Below, piece by piece: positions 19,902-30,900 of a DNA stretch of 64,000 nucleotides; the first letter of the stretch is position 1; every line of letters starts with the position of its first letter. The DNA lies in contig JAYQLI010000035.1 in NCBI GenBank assembly GCA_038143065.1, positions 96,001-160,000 on the forward strand, written 5' to 3'. The notes beneath the pieces are model-generated. The model searched no databases. It had not been told where the DNA came from and saw only the letters and a program-made list of their open reading frames with translations. This stretch comes from Rhodospirillales bacterium (GTDB lineage: Bacteria > Pseudomonadota > Alphaproteobacteria > Bin95). The translations under genes were made by a program, and so were the position numbers.

Positions 19902-21102
19902 ATGAAGATATCTGCCGTCGAAACTATTCTCTCAGATACCTACCCAAATGGTATTTGGGTCCGATTAGAAACTGATGAAGGTCTAGTAGGAGTTGGAGAG
20001 ACATTCCGAAATCCTAAAGCCACAGAAGCGTACATCCATGAAACTCTTGCTCCTTACTTACTTGGGCAAGATCCCTGTCAGCCCGAGTTACATCGCACAG
20101 CTTTCAATCGCCTACTTGGTAACCGGTTTCAGGGCTTCCCAACCCGCTCGATAGAACTACGAGGTAATTCTGCGGTTGATATAGCTCTTTGGGATTTAAT
20201 GGCCAAATCACTGGATGCCCCACTTTACAAGGTTTTAGGGGGTCCAGCTCATCAAACGCTTCCAGTTTATAATACCTGTGCAAGTGATGGTTATAATCTT
20301 GCTGCAAAGGTTATAGGTGACAGTCGCGCAGCAGGAGAAGGCGAGGACGACCTCGCTCTCCAAGTGAGTGATCCAGGACGTCTTGCCAGGTCACTTTTGG
20401 ATGACGGTATCACGGGCATGAAAATATGGCCCTACGATCGATTTGCTGCCAAGCATGATGGCTGGCACATAGATCGTGCAGATTTGGAAGAAGCAACTGA
20501 TGTTATTGCACAGATCCGAGATGCGGTTGGTGATAAAATTGAAATTATGCTTGAGTATCATGGGCTTTGGAGGTTGCCTGCAGCATTAGATATTGCCGAA
20601 GCTCTTGGCCAGTATCGAGTTTATTGGCATGAGGACCCAATTGATCTTTCTAACATCGCAGACCTGCGTCGCTACCGTGATGAAACAGGCGGCCGTGTAG
20701 CGGCTAGTGAAAATCTTGGGACAACTCGTTGGCTGCGTGACGCTTTAGTTGCCGGAGCTGTGGATGTAGTTCAGTTTGACATGGGCTGGGTTGGGGGCAT
20801 TTCCGAGGGTAAACGTATCCAAGCACTAGCCGAGGCCTTTGATCGTCCTATCGCCCCCTCATGATTGCGTCGGTCCCATCCTGTTTGCGGCTGACTGTCA
20901 TTTAGCCTTTGCGAGCCCCAATACTTTAACACAAGAGATTGTTCGCGCTTACCTGTCCGGCTGGTACCGTGACGTTGCCAGTGGTTTGCCAGAGGTGAAA
21001 TCAGGCCAATTACAGCTTCCTAAAGGTCCTGGCCATGGGGCGGATTTTGCTCCGGGATTTCTTGACGGAGATGGAATTAAAAGGAAGAAAAGCTGCATGT
21101 AA
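19902..21102 (+). CDS. Mandelate racemase/muconate lactonizing enzyme (enolase superfamily) protein, frameshift in C-run ~20857
   Basis: GVGET, SAVDIALWDL, MKIWP, metal ligands EYH/EDP/ASE, then PHDCVGP and PGHG in the second frame. Confidence 0.88.
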
Positions 21103-21273
21103 ATTTTTTAGCAGCTTGCCTAATTCAAAGTCGATTTATTCAACAATATCGATACGGTGCTATTTTTGTTTTAAAGACAGCTGCGGATATATTACCTCAA
21201 AAAATTTAAAATCAGGCTACTTAACTGTCTTCAACGAGTTAAAAAATGTGCAGCAGATTAAAGTCCTCGTATT

Positions 21274-21969
21274 ATGCCAAGTAAGGAAAATACTTTGTTA
21301 GATCTGTCTGATCGCGTTTTATATAAAGACCCAATGGTCTTAGTGATTAATAAGCCCGCAGGAATACCAGTGCATGCGGGTCCTAGTGGTCAAGAAAATA
21401 TTGAGGCTGCTTTGGACCTGCTCCGGTTTGAGGGCAAAGATTTACCGAAGCTGGCTCATCGTTTGGACCGAGATACGTCAGGTTGTCTTGTTTTAGGTCG
21501 TGGTCCAAATGGGCTTAAACGGCTACATCGGCTCTTCCGGGAAGGTATCGTCAGCAAATATTATTGGGCTTTAACTGCAGGGGCGCCGGCTAAGGACGAG
21601 GGCCTTATTGATTCTCCTTTAACAAAACTAAACACAAGGCAGGGATGGCGTATTGTTGTTGATCCAGCTGGGAAGGCATCACAAACCCACTGGCGTGTAC
21701 TCGCGCGAGGTAAAGACATTGCCTGGCTTGAATTCCGACCGAAAACGGGTCGTACCCACCAAGTTCGTGTGCATGCTGCAAGTCTTGGTTTTCCAATTTT
21801 GGGTGACTCGCAATATGGTGGAGGGGTTGGAGATTTAATGCTCCATGCTAATCAAATAGATCTCCCGATATACCAAAACCGACCATCGGTTGTGGTAAAA
21901 GCAGAACCTGCGTCACAGTTTATTTCAAAGCTCGAATCTTTCGCGCCAGATTGGCGCAACATAAGCTAG
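21274..21969 (+). CDS. RluA-family pseudouridine synthase
   Basis: NKPAG, HRLDRDTSG, TGRTHQVRVH, PILGD, LHA. Confidence 0.92.
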   Translation: MPSKENTLLDLSDRVLYKDPMVLVINKPAGIPVHAGPSGQENIEAALDLLRFEGKDLPKLAHRLDRDTSGCLVLGRGPNGLKRLHRLFREGIVSKYYWALTAGAPAKDEGLIDSPLTKLNTRQGWRIVVDPAGKASQTHWRVLARGKDIAWLEFRPKTGRTHQVRVHAASLGFPILGDSQYGGGVGDLMLHANQIDLPIYQNRPSVVVKAEPASQFISKLESFAPDWRNIS

Positions 21970-21992
21970 GTGCTGTTAATTAGGAGGAACCG

Positions 21993-22871
21993 ATGGGTTG
22001 GTTTATTCATCACGTAAATGTTCAGGCATTTGACGTTCAGGAAAGCGCCAAATTTTATCGGGATATTATTGGTTTGAAGGAAGGTGTTCGCACTTATCCC
22101 GAAACTGTTGGCGCAATGAGCAGTGGACCCGATCGTATTGCTGCATTTGGACGTGACAACCGCGGCATCCACGTAGTTAAGGCAAATCCAAGCTTCCCCA
22201 TCCAGAATAAGCTTTTTCACAACCCAACTATTGGTGGTCATTTCGCAATTACCGTGACCAACCTCGAAATCGTGAAGGCTAGGTTGGAGGAAGCTGGACA
22301 TATTGTTTCTGATGCGGGCGTATACGCTATGGCTGGGATGCGGCAAATCTATGTTTTTGATCCGTGCCAACGAGTGATGGAGATCAATCAAGCTATTGAC
22401 GATTCAGCTGGCCGTTCTCCTCGCCAAGGCGAAGCACACGATCTTGAGATGCAAGAAGGTGGATGGACCCTGCATCACGTCAATTTGCCCGCTCACAGTG
22501 TTCCAGCAACTGTAGCATATCTTCGAGATCTCATTGGGTTAGAAGAAAGTCAATGGATTCCTGCTGAGAGCTCTTCAATTAGCGAATTTATAGTTGATCC
22601 AGAAATGCTCGCTGTTTTTGGAGATGACAATCGAGGAATCCATGTCGTTAAGCCAACGGCTGAATTTGCAGCGAAAAACGGCTTTAAACACAACCCCACA
22701 ATTGGGGGGCATTTTGCTGTCACAGTGCCTGACCTAGAAGCCGTGAAGTCACGCCTTTCTGCTTCAGATATTCAATTCACCGACGCAGGATCCTATGCCA
22801 TGGCGGGGATGGCACAAGTTTATGCGTATGACCCGTCTATGAACCTAGTAGAAATAAATCAGGTGATGTGA
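21993..22871 (+). CDS. Tandem-duplicated VOC/glyoxalase family protein
   Basis: Two similar halves, each HHVN...FG.DNRGIHVVK...HNPTIGGHFA.TV...DAG.YAMAGM.Q.Y..DP....EINQ. Confidence 0.85.
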   Translation: MGWFIHHVNVQAFDVQESAKFYRDIIGLKEGVRTYPETVGAMSSGPDRIAAFGRDNRGIHVVKANPSFPIQNKLFHNPTIGGHFAITVTNLEIVKARLEEAGHIVSDAGVYAMAGMRQIYVFDPCQRVMEINQAIDDSAGRSPRQGEAHDLEMQEGGWTLHHVNLPAHSVPATVAYLRDLIGLEESQWIPAESSSISEFIVDPEMLAVFGDDNRGIHVVKPTAEFAAKNGFKHNPTIGGHFAVTVPDLEAVKSRLSASDIQFTDAGSYAMAGMAQVYAYDPSMNLVEINQVM

Positions 22872-22924
22872 GTTTTGGAAGACGGAAACAGTTCCTAAAT
22901 ACCGTGTTAAGAGGATGTTCCGTT

Positions 22925-23566
22925 TTAAGCTTCCGGAGTTTCGGCTGGTTCTGTGGCACACATGCTGGGCCTCAGTCGAAAATTTTCATACCAGCGTGTT
23001 AAGGCAGGTCTGCCGTGACGAAAGTTTCCAAGCCAATCGCGCCAATCTTGGTAACTCGCTGCAATCCCAACGGTAATCTCTGCAAGATTGGGAGAATTTG
23101 TGTCACTGCTAGTTTGGAGTTCTTCGGCGCGTAATTCTATAGCATCAAAGCAGCGATCAATGCGGTCTCTTTGCTTTTGTAAAAAACTCTCCATCCGATA
23201 TTCAGAAGGCCGAAGGTGTTCAGCGCGCATCAGGATTTGAGCCTCAATTAGACCATCAGCAATTGCATAAAGAGACAACATTCTATCAGGTTCTGGACCT
23301 GTCAGCTTACCGCCAGATAAGCGATCCAGATGCTGACATGCAAGTGTTGAGCATCCTAGCGCATGGCCTGCGTCAGTGACGAGTGTTGGGATCCGAGCTA
23401 CGGGGTTATTCTCTGCTAGGCCAGGAGTAAAAGGTACCGTTTCAAACCCCCATGATAGAGGCCAAGTTGTTTGAATTATCTCTATCTTATCCCAGAGGCC
23501 AATCTCTCGTGCAGCTACTGAGACTTTTCGTGTGAAGGGTGATGCTGGTGTCCAGAAAAGTTTCAT
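22925..23566 (-). CDS. Glutathione S-transferase family protein (YibF-like)
   Basis: MKLFWTPASPFTRKV, NPVARIPTL, helical C-domain with NLAEI. Confidence 0.85.
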   Translation of the reverse strand: MKLFWTPASPFTRKVSVAAREIGLWDKIEIIQTTWPLSWGFETVPFTPGLAENNPVARIPTLVTDAGHALGCSTLACQHLDRLSGGKLTGPEPDRMLSLYAIADGLIEAQILMRAEHLRPSEYRMESFLQKQRDRIDRCFDAIELRAEELQTSSDTNSPNLAEITVGIAASYQDWRDWLGNFRHGRPALTRWYENFRLRPSMCATEPAETPEA

Positions 23567-23626
23567 AAAATATTTCCTGTAGTTCAGAAAAGTAACCTTG
23601 CTACTTAATTTGCTTCGATATGTTCT

Positions 23627-23668
23627 AAATAAAAATACACCGCCCACAAAATTAGCAGGCGGCGTATT
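23627..23668 (-). terminator. Rho-independent terminator of the MaoC pair
   Basis: Minus strand AATACGCCGCC-N13-GGCGGTGTATT followed by TTTATTT. Confidence 0.65.
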
Positions 23669-23690
23669 GAATCAAAAAATAAACGCTATT

Positions 23691-24098
23691 CTAGTCTACG
23701 CGAGCCGTAGCTGAGCCGGTGACCACGGTCTTTCCATCCTGATTTGTTGTGGCTAGCTCTAGCTCAATCTCACCTTCTCCAATCGCAACAACTGTTGCTT
23801 TCGAAGTAAGTGTATCACCAGGCCAGACCTGGTTTGTGAAACGTACCCCGAATTTTTTAAGACGGCCGTCTCCCACGAAATTAGTCAGCATTTTTCCTGT
23901 AAGACCCATTGTAAGCATGCCATGGGCGAAAACACTTGGGTAACCAGCTGCTTGAGTGGTGTATACCTCATCCGTATGTAGCGGATTATAGTCACCTGAT
24001 GTTCCTGCATACATGACTAGTAGTCCCCTAGAGAGGTTTTCGACTACTATTTCCTCGTGAACATCACCAACTTTTAGATCAGTTGCTTTTAAAGCCAT
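23691..24098 (-). CDS. MaoC-family (R)-specific dehydratase, catalytic subunit
   Basis: YAGTSGDYNPLHTD, AHGML, VWPGD. Confidence 0.9.
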   Translation of the reverse strand: MALKATDLKVGDVHEEIVVENLSRGLLVMYAGTSGDYNPLHTDEVYTTQAAGYPSVFAHGMLTMGLTGKMLTNFVGDGRLKKFGVRFTNQVWPGDTLTSKATVVAIGEGEIELELATTNQDGKTVVTGSATARVD

Positions 24099-24112
24099 CT
24101 CTCAGTTCCCCC

Positions 24113-24598
24113 TCAACCTTGGTCGACAGGGCGTTCGGTTTTTACGCCTACACCCCGAGATGTGACAACGAGCTCGCCGTTCTGATTCCGATACTCAAGG
24201 ATAGTCTCAGTGAAAGTTAACTTTCCCGCTCGTTTGCTTTCTTTCTCCCATACTTTTCCAGGCTTTGTTGTTACGGTTAGGACATCGCCAGGTTGTACAG
24301 GGAGATGATATTCAAAGTGCTGCTCCGCATGAAGGCCGCCGGAGCTTGCAGGTTTGCCTTCTATGCCCGAAGGACCTTTTGCTGATCCAAACCACTTCTC
24401 ACCGACTTTAGGTCTAAGGAAGTAGTCGGGGTCGAATTGTGCAACGGACCTATAGAATGTTGGTGGTGGTACCACGTGTCCAACTTCATTATTCTTTGCT
24501 TATTCGGCATCATAGTAAATTTGATTGTCATCATTGACCGAGCGCGCAAACATCATGATGTGCGTTGCTTCGATCGGCATTGTGACTTTATCAGCCAT
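24113..24598 (-). CDS. MaoC-like (FAS1-like dehydratase N-terminal) partner subunit, in-frame TAA at 24500-24502
   Basis: MADKVTMPIEATHIMMFARSVNDDNQIYYDAE*AKNNEVGHVVPPPTF...LHAEQHFEYH..PGDVL, a hot-dog heterodimer partner. Confidence 0.8.
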
Positions 24599-24671
24599 TG
24601 TAAGACCTCCTTTTACGATCTTTAAGAAAACTATGTACGGGTTGGTAAAGAAGTCGCAACCAGAAAAGAGT

Positions 24672-25301
24672 TCAGACTACCGATGGAACTTTTACCCCTA
24701 TCATTGCATCTCTAGTAATGAGGGCTTCGAGCTGTTCAGCGCTCCAGTTATCGGTGCCGGCAGGCCGCATGGGTAACACCAGATATCGCATGTCTGCCGT
24801 TGAGTCGTGAACTTCAATTTTGGTTAGATCAGGCAATTCTGTGCCAAATTCTGACAGTACCTTGCGCGGTTCTTTAACAACTCGCGAGCGATAAGCCCGT
24901 TTTTTGTACCAGGCTGGAGGCATCCCAAGTAATACGCGTGGGTAACAGGAACACAGGGTGCACACGATGACGTTATGCCGTTCCGGTGTATTTTCGACGA
25001 CAACGACCTCTGGGTTTTCGTCTAGTCTCGTTACTCCCATTTCAGCAAAGGCTGATTTGGGGTCAGAAATAAGTCTTTCCCGATAGGCAGAATCAGTCCA
25101 GGCACGAGCGATGATCTTTTGTCCCATAACGGGTGTGCGACTATCCATGTCATCAATTTGGGCTTGAATTTGACTGGCCGAAAGGATGCCTTTTTCTACC
25201 AGAAGCTCACGGATGGCTTGCTCCATCACTTCAAACTCTGTGATGTCATCAAGGTCTTCGATTGCTTCATGATCGTCGTGATGGTGTCCGTCGTGGGGCA
25301 T
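24672..25301 (-). CDS. nthA: Cobalt-type nitrile hydratase alpha / thiocyanate hydrolase gamma-like subunit
   Basis: VIVCTLCSCYP metal-binding motif (Co-type CTLCSC), PPAWYK, EPR.VL.EFG, RYLVLPMRP, His-rich N-terminus. Confidence 0.92.
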   Translation of the reverse strand: MPHDGHHHDDHEAIEDLDDITEFEVMEQAIRELLVEKGILSASQIQAQIDDMDSRTPVMGQKIIARAWTDSAYRERLISDPKSAFAEMGVTRLDENPEVVVVENTPERHNVIVCTLCSCYPRVLLGMPPAWYKKRAYRSRVVKEPRKVLSEFGTELPDLTKIEVHDSTADMRYLVLPMRPAGTDNWSAEQLEALITRDAMIGVKVPSVV

Positions 25302-25303
25302 AT

Positions 25304-25582
25304 CTATTCTCCTATTGGCTGCAACCAATGTTCATATATATCTGCGGCAAGTTCATCCTTACTGTCTTCTCCCCAGACCTCTTTCCATTCAAAAACAATG
25401 TCGTATAGCGGTTGCTCTTCCGCATCCTTGTAATAAGCCAACTCTTCTGGATTTTTATATATTCCAATTAGCTTGCGCACTTGGCCAGTCTTACCACGCA
25501 AATACATTGGAGTTCGACAGTGGCCCTCATGGTCACGAGCGTCGACTAAAACTCTGTCCCCAGCCTTAAAACGAGGCATCAT
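25304..25582 (-). CDS. Nitrile hydratase beta C-terminal SH3-like half (ScnA-like) as a separate gene
   Basis: FKAGDRV, GHCRTPMYLRGKTG, LYDIVF..KEVW, DIYEHWL. ATGA overlap with the upstream gene's stop. Confidence 0.88.
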   Translation of the reverse strand: MMPRFKAGDRVLVDARDHEGHCRTPMYLRGKTGQVRKLIGIYKNPEELAYYKDAEEQPLYDIVFEWKEVWGEDSKDELAADIYEHWLQPIGE

Positions 25583-25848
25583 TCTGCTGTCCCCCAATGA
25601 TTTAATTTATCACGAGCTTCAGATATCCGGACGGCTAGATCTTCCGCAGAGATAACACCGTCAGAAACCAGGTTAGCTCCTAACGCCTCAATCCATCGGT
25701 CGAAATACGCTGAATCATCAGGCGCTGTCTTTAATGACTTTTGTGTGCGCAAAAATGTTTCTCGCACTTGGCCTCCTGCCTTTGGCAAAAGCTGTAGCAA
25801 TGCATCAACGCGCTTTTCATAAAGCGTAAGGTCACGGTCTGCGGCCAT
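25579..25848 (-). CDS. Nitrile hydratase beta N-terminal-like / accessory (ScnB- or P14K-like) protein
   Basis: YEKRVDAL, YFDRWIEAL...LVSDGVISAEDL resemble the beta N-terminal helical domain. First gene of the operon. Confidence 0.7.
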   Translation of the reverse strand: MAADRDLTLYEKRVDALLQLLPKAGGQVRETFLRTQKSLKTAPDDSAYFDRWIEALGANLVSDGVISAEDLAVRISEARDKLNHWGTAE

Positions 25849-25942
25849 AGGTCTTCCATCAGTTACCTAAATGAGAGGCTATGGGTCTTGAGGGATCGGC
25901 GCAAGTCGTCATGATCAATAATAGTTAATTGGAGTTTTTACC

Positions 25943-26836
25943 ATGACTGACCGTGTCACCACTAAACTCAAGAAAATGATAGCTGGACCTGAATTGGCTG
26001 TACTTCCTGGTGTAGCGGATGCACTTAACGCCCGCCTGGTTGCTGCTGAAGGGTTCAATGGAATTTATATGACTGGAGCTGGCACATCAGCTAATCGTCT
26101 TGGTATGCCAGATGTTGGATTACTTACCATGAATGAGATGGCGGATAACGCTTCGCGCATTGCTGACGCTTCGGGACTGCCATTGTTAGCGGATGCTGAT
26201 ACCGGATGGGGTGGACCTCTTAATGTACGTCGGACCGTGCAGCTGTATGAAAGGTCTGGGGTGGCAGGTCTACACGTTGAGGATCAAGAGTGGCCAAAAC
26301 GGTGTGGTCATCTTGCTGGTAAAGCCGTCATTTCCACCGAAGATATGGTGCAAAAAATCAAGGCTGCTGTTGATGCTCGCATCGACCAAGATTTTCAAAT
26401 TGTTGCAAGGACTGACGCTCTGGCGGTTGAAGGATGGAACGCCATGCTAGACCGGGCTCACGCTTTTGAGGAGGCAGGAGCAGATGTGCTCTTTCTAGAG
26501 GCTATGACAACGATGGAGCAGCTAACAGAAGCCCCAAAACTTTTTTCCAAGCCGCTACTATATAATATGGCTTCAAGTGGTAAGACACCATTTTTGGCAA
26601 CCGATGAAATACAGAATCTGGGCTTTGGCGTAGTCATATATCCAAATTTTGTTGTTCTTGCGGCTATTCCCGCTATTCGAAGAATTTTGAAACACCTTAA
26701 AGAAACTGGAGATGTAAAAAATCTTGCTAACGAAATCGTTAGTTTTAAGGAATTTTTTGATTTAATGGGTATGGATGATGTTAAGGCATTAGAGGAGCGC
26801 TATGTGACTGACGAAACCCGCCGAGCTGATTACTGA
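25943..26836 (+). CDS. Isocitrate lyase/PEP mutase superfamily enzyme (PrpB / dimethylmalate lyase-like)
   Basis: LGMPDVG, ADADTGWG, HVEDQ, PKRCGH, ARTDA, AGAD. Confidence 0.9.
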   Translation: MTDRVTTKLKKMIAGPELAVLPGVADALNARLVAAEGFNGIYMTGAGTSANRLGMPDVGLLTMNEMADNASRIADASGLPLLADADTGWGGPLNVRRTVQLYERSGVAGLHVEDQEWPKRCGHLAGKAVISTEDMVQKIKAAVDARIDQDFQIVARTDALAVEGWNAMLDRAHAFEEAGADVLFLEAMTTMEQLTEAPKLFSKPLLYNMASSGKTPFLATDEIQNLGFGVVIYPNFVVLAAIPAIRRILKHLKETGDVKNLANEIVSFKEFFDLMGMDDVKALEERYVTDETRRADY

Positions 26837-27942
26837 TGGAAGAGTTAAATCCTCTGCCTCTACCAGATGGCGTAACATCTCGAATGGTCAGCAAGGTAAA
26901 TGGACTCAACATTCATGTTCTTGAAGCTGGAGATCCAACCAGACCCGCTATTCTCTTACTCCATGGTTTTCCAGAACTAGCTTGCTCTTGGCGGAAAATT
27001 ATGTTGCCGCTGGCAGATCTTGGGTACCATGTAATTGCCCCAGACCAGCGCGGTTATGGCCGAACCACAGGTTGGGCGTCGGGTTTTGATGAAGATCTAT
27101 TTACATCGCGAATGCCCAATCTCGTTAGAGATGCGATGGGGTTGTTGTTCCGCATGGGGCATGACCATGCTGAGCATGTTCTTGGTCACGATTTTGGAGC
27201 GTCAGTTGCGGGATGGGCCGGTGTTTTGAGGCCGGATATCTTCAGGTCTATTACAGTAATGAGTGCGCCCTTTGCGACGCCGGTAGCACCAGTAATTGGC
27301 GCAGGAGATTATCCAGAGGACCGGATTGACGAGGAGCTTGCCGCTCTTGCGCGTCCTCGAAAGCACTACCAGCACTATTATTCAACCCGAGAAGCAAATT
27401 CTGACATGTTAAATGCACCAAGTGGCTTGAAGGAATTTCTTCGCGCTTATTTTCATATGAAAGGTGCTGGTTGGAATGAAAATACACCTTTTAAATTGCA
27501 GGGTTGGAATGGGGAAGCACTCGCTCAAATGCCGACCTATTACATAATGGACCGTGATCATACGATGCCTCAGGCAGTCCTCGCTGCATCCTCCGCTTCA
27601 GAAGATGATTGGATGAGTGATAAGGCTCTAAATGTTTATTCAGCAGAGTATGCGCGAACTGGTTTTCAGGGTGCGCTAAATTGGTATCGCTGTCGTTTTG
27701 TTACGGAATATATGCGAGAGCTTGGGCTTGCAGCTGGAATACAGATAAAGGCACCAATGACTTTTATAGCAGGAGCCCAAGATTGGGGCGTTCGGCAAAC
27801 CCCTGGTGCGCTTGAAGGTATGGAGGCCCGTGCCTCTGAGGATTGGCGTGGAACCTACCTTATTGATCAGGCCGGTCATTGGGTTCAGCAAGAACAGTCG
27901 GCGGAAGTAGTAAATGCTTGGCGGCAAGCTATGAAAGTTTAA
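26836..27942 (+). CDS. Alpha/beta hydrolase, epoxide hydrolase-like
   Basis: LLHGFPE, APDQRGYG, GHDFGA nucleophile, LNWYR, AGHWVQQE. Confidence 0.9.
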   Translation: MEELNPLPLPDGVTSRMVSKVNGLNIHVLEAGDPTRPAILLLHGFPELACSWRKIMLPLADLGYHVIAPDQRGYGRTTGWASGFDEDLFTSRMPNLVRDAMGLLFRMGHDHAEHVLGHDFGASVAGWAGVLRPDIFRSITVMSAPFATPVAPVIGAGDYPEDRIDEELAALARPRKHYQHYYSTREANSDMLNAPSGLKEFLRAYFHMKGAGWNENTPFKLQGWNGEALAQMPTYYIMDRDHTMPQAVLAASSASEDDWMSDKALNVYSAEYARTGFQGALNWYRCRFVTEYMRELGLAAGIQIKAPMTFIAGAQDWGVRQTPGALEGMEARASEDWRGTYLIDQAGHWVQQEQSAEVVNAWRQAMKV

Positions 27943-30900
27943 AGCCTGATAATATTAACCCCAGGCACTGCTTCGGTTGCGATGTCGAGAAGATGTTGGT
28001 GATGGGTGAGATAGAGGACCTGTCCACGTTTCCCCATTCCAGCTAAAAGATCAAAAGCTTCTCTTGCCCGATTGTCATCAAAGGTTTCAAAAATGTCATC
28101 TGCTATGAAAGGTGGTGGGGAATTTTCGTCGGCAAAAGTATGAAATCCAGCAACTCTGAGCGCTAGGTATAATTGCGCGCGCGTTCCTGCAGACATTTGC
28201 CCATCTTCTATGCGTGATGCACCATTAGAGTCGATTGCGATTAACTCTTTCCCTTACTACCTGCCTGCGTACGAAGGCCTTTATAAGCACCACAGGTAAT
28301 TTTTGCGAAAGCTTCTGAAGCAACTCTCAGCATGTCGCTCTGCTGCTCAGACCGGAAGGATTCGATAGCTGTTTTCGCAGCGAGTGCTCCTAGACGGAGG
28401 CGAAGAGCTTTTTTGGTCCCATCTATAATTTCTTCCAGAACAGTCTGTTTTCTAGTTTGTAGGGCCGCAGCAACACTATCACCGCCGATTGCGTCTATTG
28501 CATTTTGTGCTTCTCGCAGATCGGCATGTCGCTCACGCGTGGCCTCGGCAAGAGCTGTGATTTTTGAATCAAGCGTCGCAATTTCTGCCTCAAGAGATGA
28601 ACTATCTAAACTTTGAAGTAGTTCCAGTGCTTCATCAGAATTTTCAGTGCCTGCTGCCTGAAGTATTTCGCGCTCTAGATTGGCCACAGTTTCTGCTGAT
28701 TTTTTGACTTGAGTGATTTCTTCCAAAATCTGGCTGGCATCAGATAGGCTTTTAACACCAAGAGATTTGAGAAATAGTTCCTTGACGACATTGTGCTCTG
28801 CAATTTCTTTTTGGATCGCAGAAGCGGTATCAAATTCGGATGCTAGAGAGTGTTCTAATGTTTCAACTTGATCTGCCGATTTTTGTTCTTCAATGAGGCG
28901 TGCTTTTAAAAGCTCAAATCCAATTTCAGGATCACTTTGATCAATGGTTAGGCTTAGCTCGTTTAAAATTCCTCGCACTTTCGCAACGAAGGTGTCTTTG
29001 TCATCGGTCATGTGACGGATGCGTGTTTCAAGATCTTCTTGTTTTGCAATCAAATTTTCTAACTCGCGTAGTTCTGATAACGCGTCTGGAATTAACTGAG
29101 GTGCTTTAGAAAAACTACCAATCCATGAAGTGCCCAGTGCTTCTGCCCATCTGGTAGTCCAAACTTCTAAATCTTCCTCTGCTTTGAGCAGCAAAGTCTT
29201 TCGGGTGCGGAGTACGTCTCGACCCTCGCGAGCAATTTCAGCTTCGCGCAATCGAGTGTCAGCGGCATCTACAAGAGTAGCTAAGTCTTCTTCAATATTA
29301 AGAATTTTTGAGAGTGTTTGAACGTGGTTTTTGATTTCGCGTTCTGCTGCTGCACGCAACGATAAAGCCTCATTTTTTTCGGTTGATGGCTAGTGCGTCT
29401 TCTCGGTTCTCTGTCCATTGGATTAGGGCCTCAGGGGCTGTGTTGGGGTCTAAACCTAGTTTTTCTGATACCTCTGCTAGAGTAGTATTTATCTTTCTTA
29501 TATTATTTTGGCACTCCTTAAGAGATACTTTTAGGTCGGATATTTTTGCTTTTTCTTCTGTAGCAACCTTCTTGGCGAGATCTAGGTCCGCTAGTTTAGA
29601 CATGTTTGCTATCTGAGTATCAATTGCTTGATCAAATGCGCGCATTTCCGTTGCGAATATGTCAGCCGTTTCTGCTGTTAATGTATCCCGGTGATGTCCC
29701 CAGGCTTCATCACGCCTAAATTTTAATTTGATTAAAGCGTTCTGATCTAAAATTGCTGCTAAATCTCTATTGGCGTCCAGGTTTGCCTTTGCGACGGTAT
29801 ACCTCGAACGCGCTGAGTCCATCAGGTCTTGAATATTTGCTTTTCTCAGCCGCAGAGAAACAAGATCATTTTTCCAAGTCTCGAGAACACTCCTTGCAGG
29901 TAGCTTTAATGATTTGAGGTCTTCTCCATTTCCTTCCCATGGCGCTAGGCGATCGAAAGCAGAGATAACTTCTATTTCAAGAACTCTCTCTTCATTTAGA
30001 GCTTGTTGATAGCGATTAAGTAGTTCAGTCGATCTAATGGAATAGAGGATAGTTTTTAGCCTCGCATGCTCGGCGTCAGACAATGGACAATCTTGTTTGT
30101 TTGCTTCTGCGCGGGTTACCTCTAGTTGCGCTTGTTTCACTCTTTCGCAGAGCACAGGCCAATCTCGTGCGAGCTCCAGTATTTTTGCTGTTTGCTCAAT
30201 TTCGAGGAAGAGAGTGGGGCTCCGCTTCTTTTCCGTTAGATAATTTTCGTGTCCGGGCCTTAATTTGGGCTACTGTCTCGTCCAGTGTGCGCTGACGCTT
30301 TGGGATATCTTGAGTTGCTGTTCTGTAGCGGCTGGCAAGATCTGTTATTGTCTGAATTTGATGACTAGCGGCAACTATGGTTGCATTAATTTCGATTGAG
30401 GCCAGTTTCTCTTTTTGGGCTGCTATGCGTCGTTCAGTTTCTGTATGTCGAGTTTTTAGGGTGCTTTCATTATCGCGTAATAATTCGAGTTGTGTTCTTG
30501 CGTCCGGAGGTGGCTTGGGTAAATCTTGTAAACGCTCCACAGCAGCTATAGCAGTTCGGTAGTCTTCCAATTTTGAGCACACATTTAACCTACGCTTAAG
30601 AATAGCCTGTTTTTCTCGTGTGGTCTTTTCCTCTTCCTCAGCTTCTTGTCTGGAAATTGTAGCAATTTCGCGTGTCTCTATTAGCCGGTCGAAATTGGCG
30701 GCATTAATATCATGAGTTTCTTGGTCTTTCTTTAGGGTATCAAGTGTTTCCAACAGACTGCGAAGCTTATTTTGTCGCCCACTCCGTCGGTAGAAGGCAT
30801 CTGCTTCAGCATCCATTTGTATTAGGCGATCGCTCAGGTCTGATAAACCGGAGCTGGCTGAAAAGAGAATGCGTCCGAAGTCACCGTTGGCTTTGAGTAA

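Noticed and set aside
24500-24502. In-frame TAA in the MaoC-like partner gene
   Set aside because: One substitution from a Tyr codon in a non-catalytic region. Many other genes here end in TAA, so an alternative genetic code is not supported.
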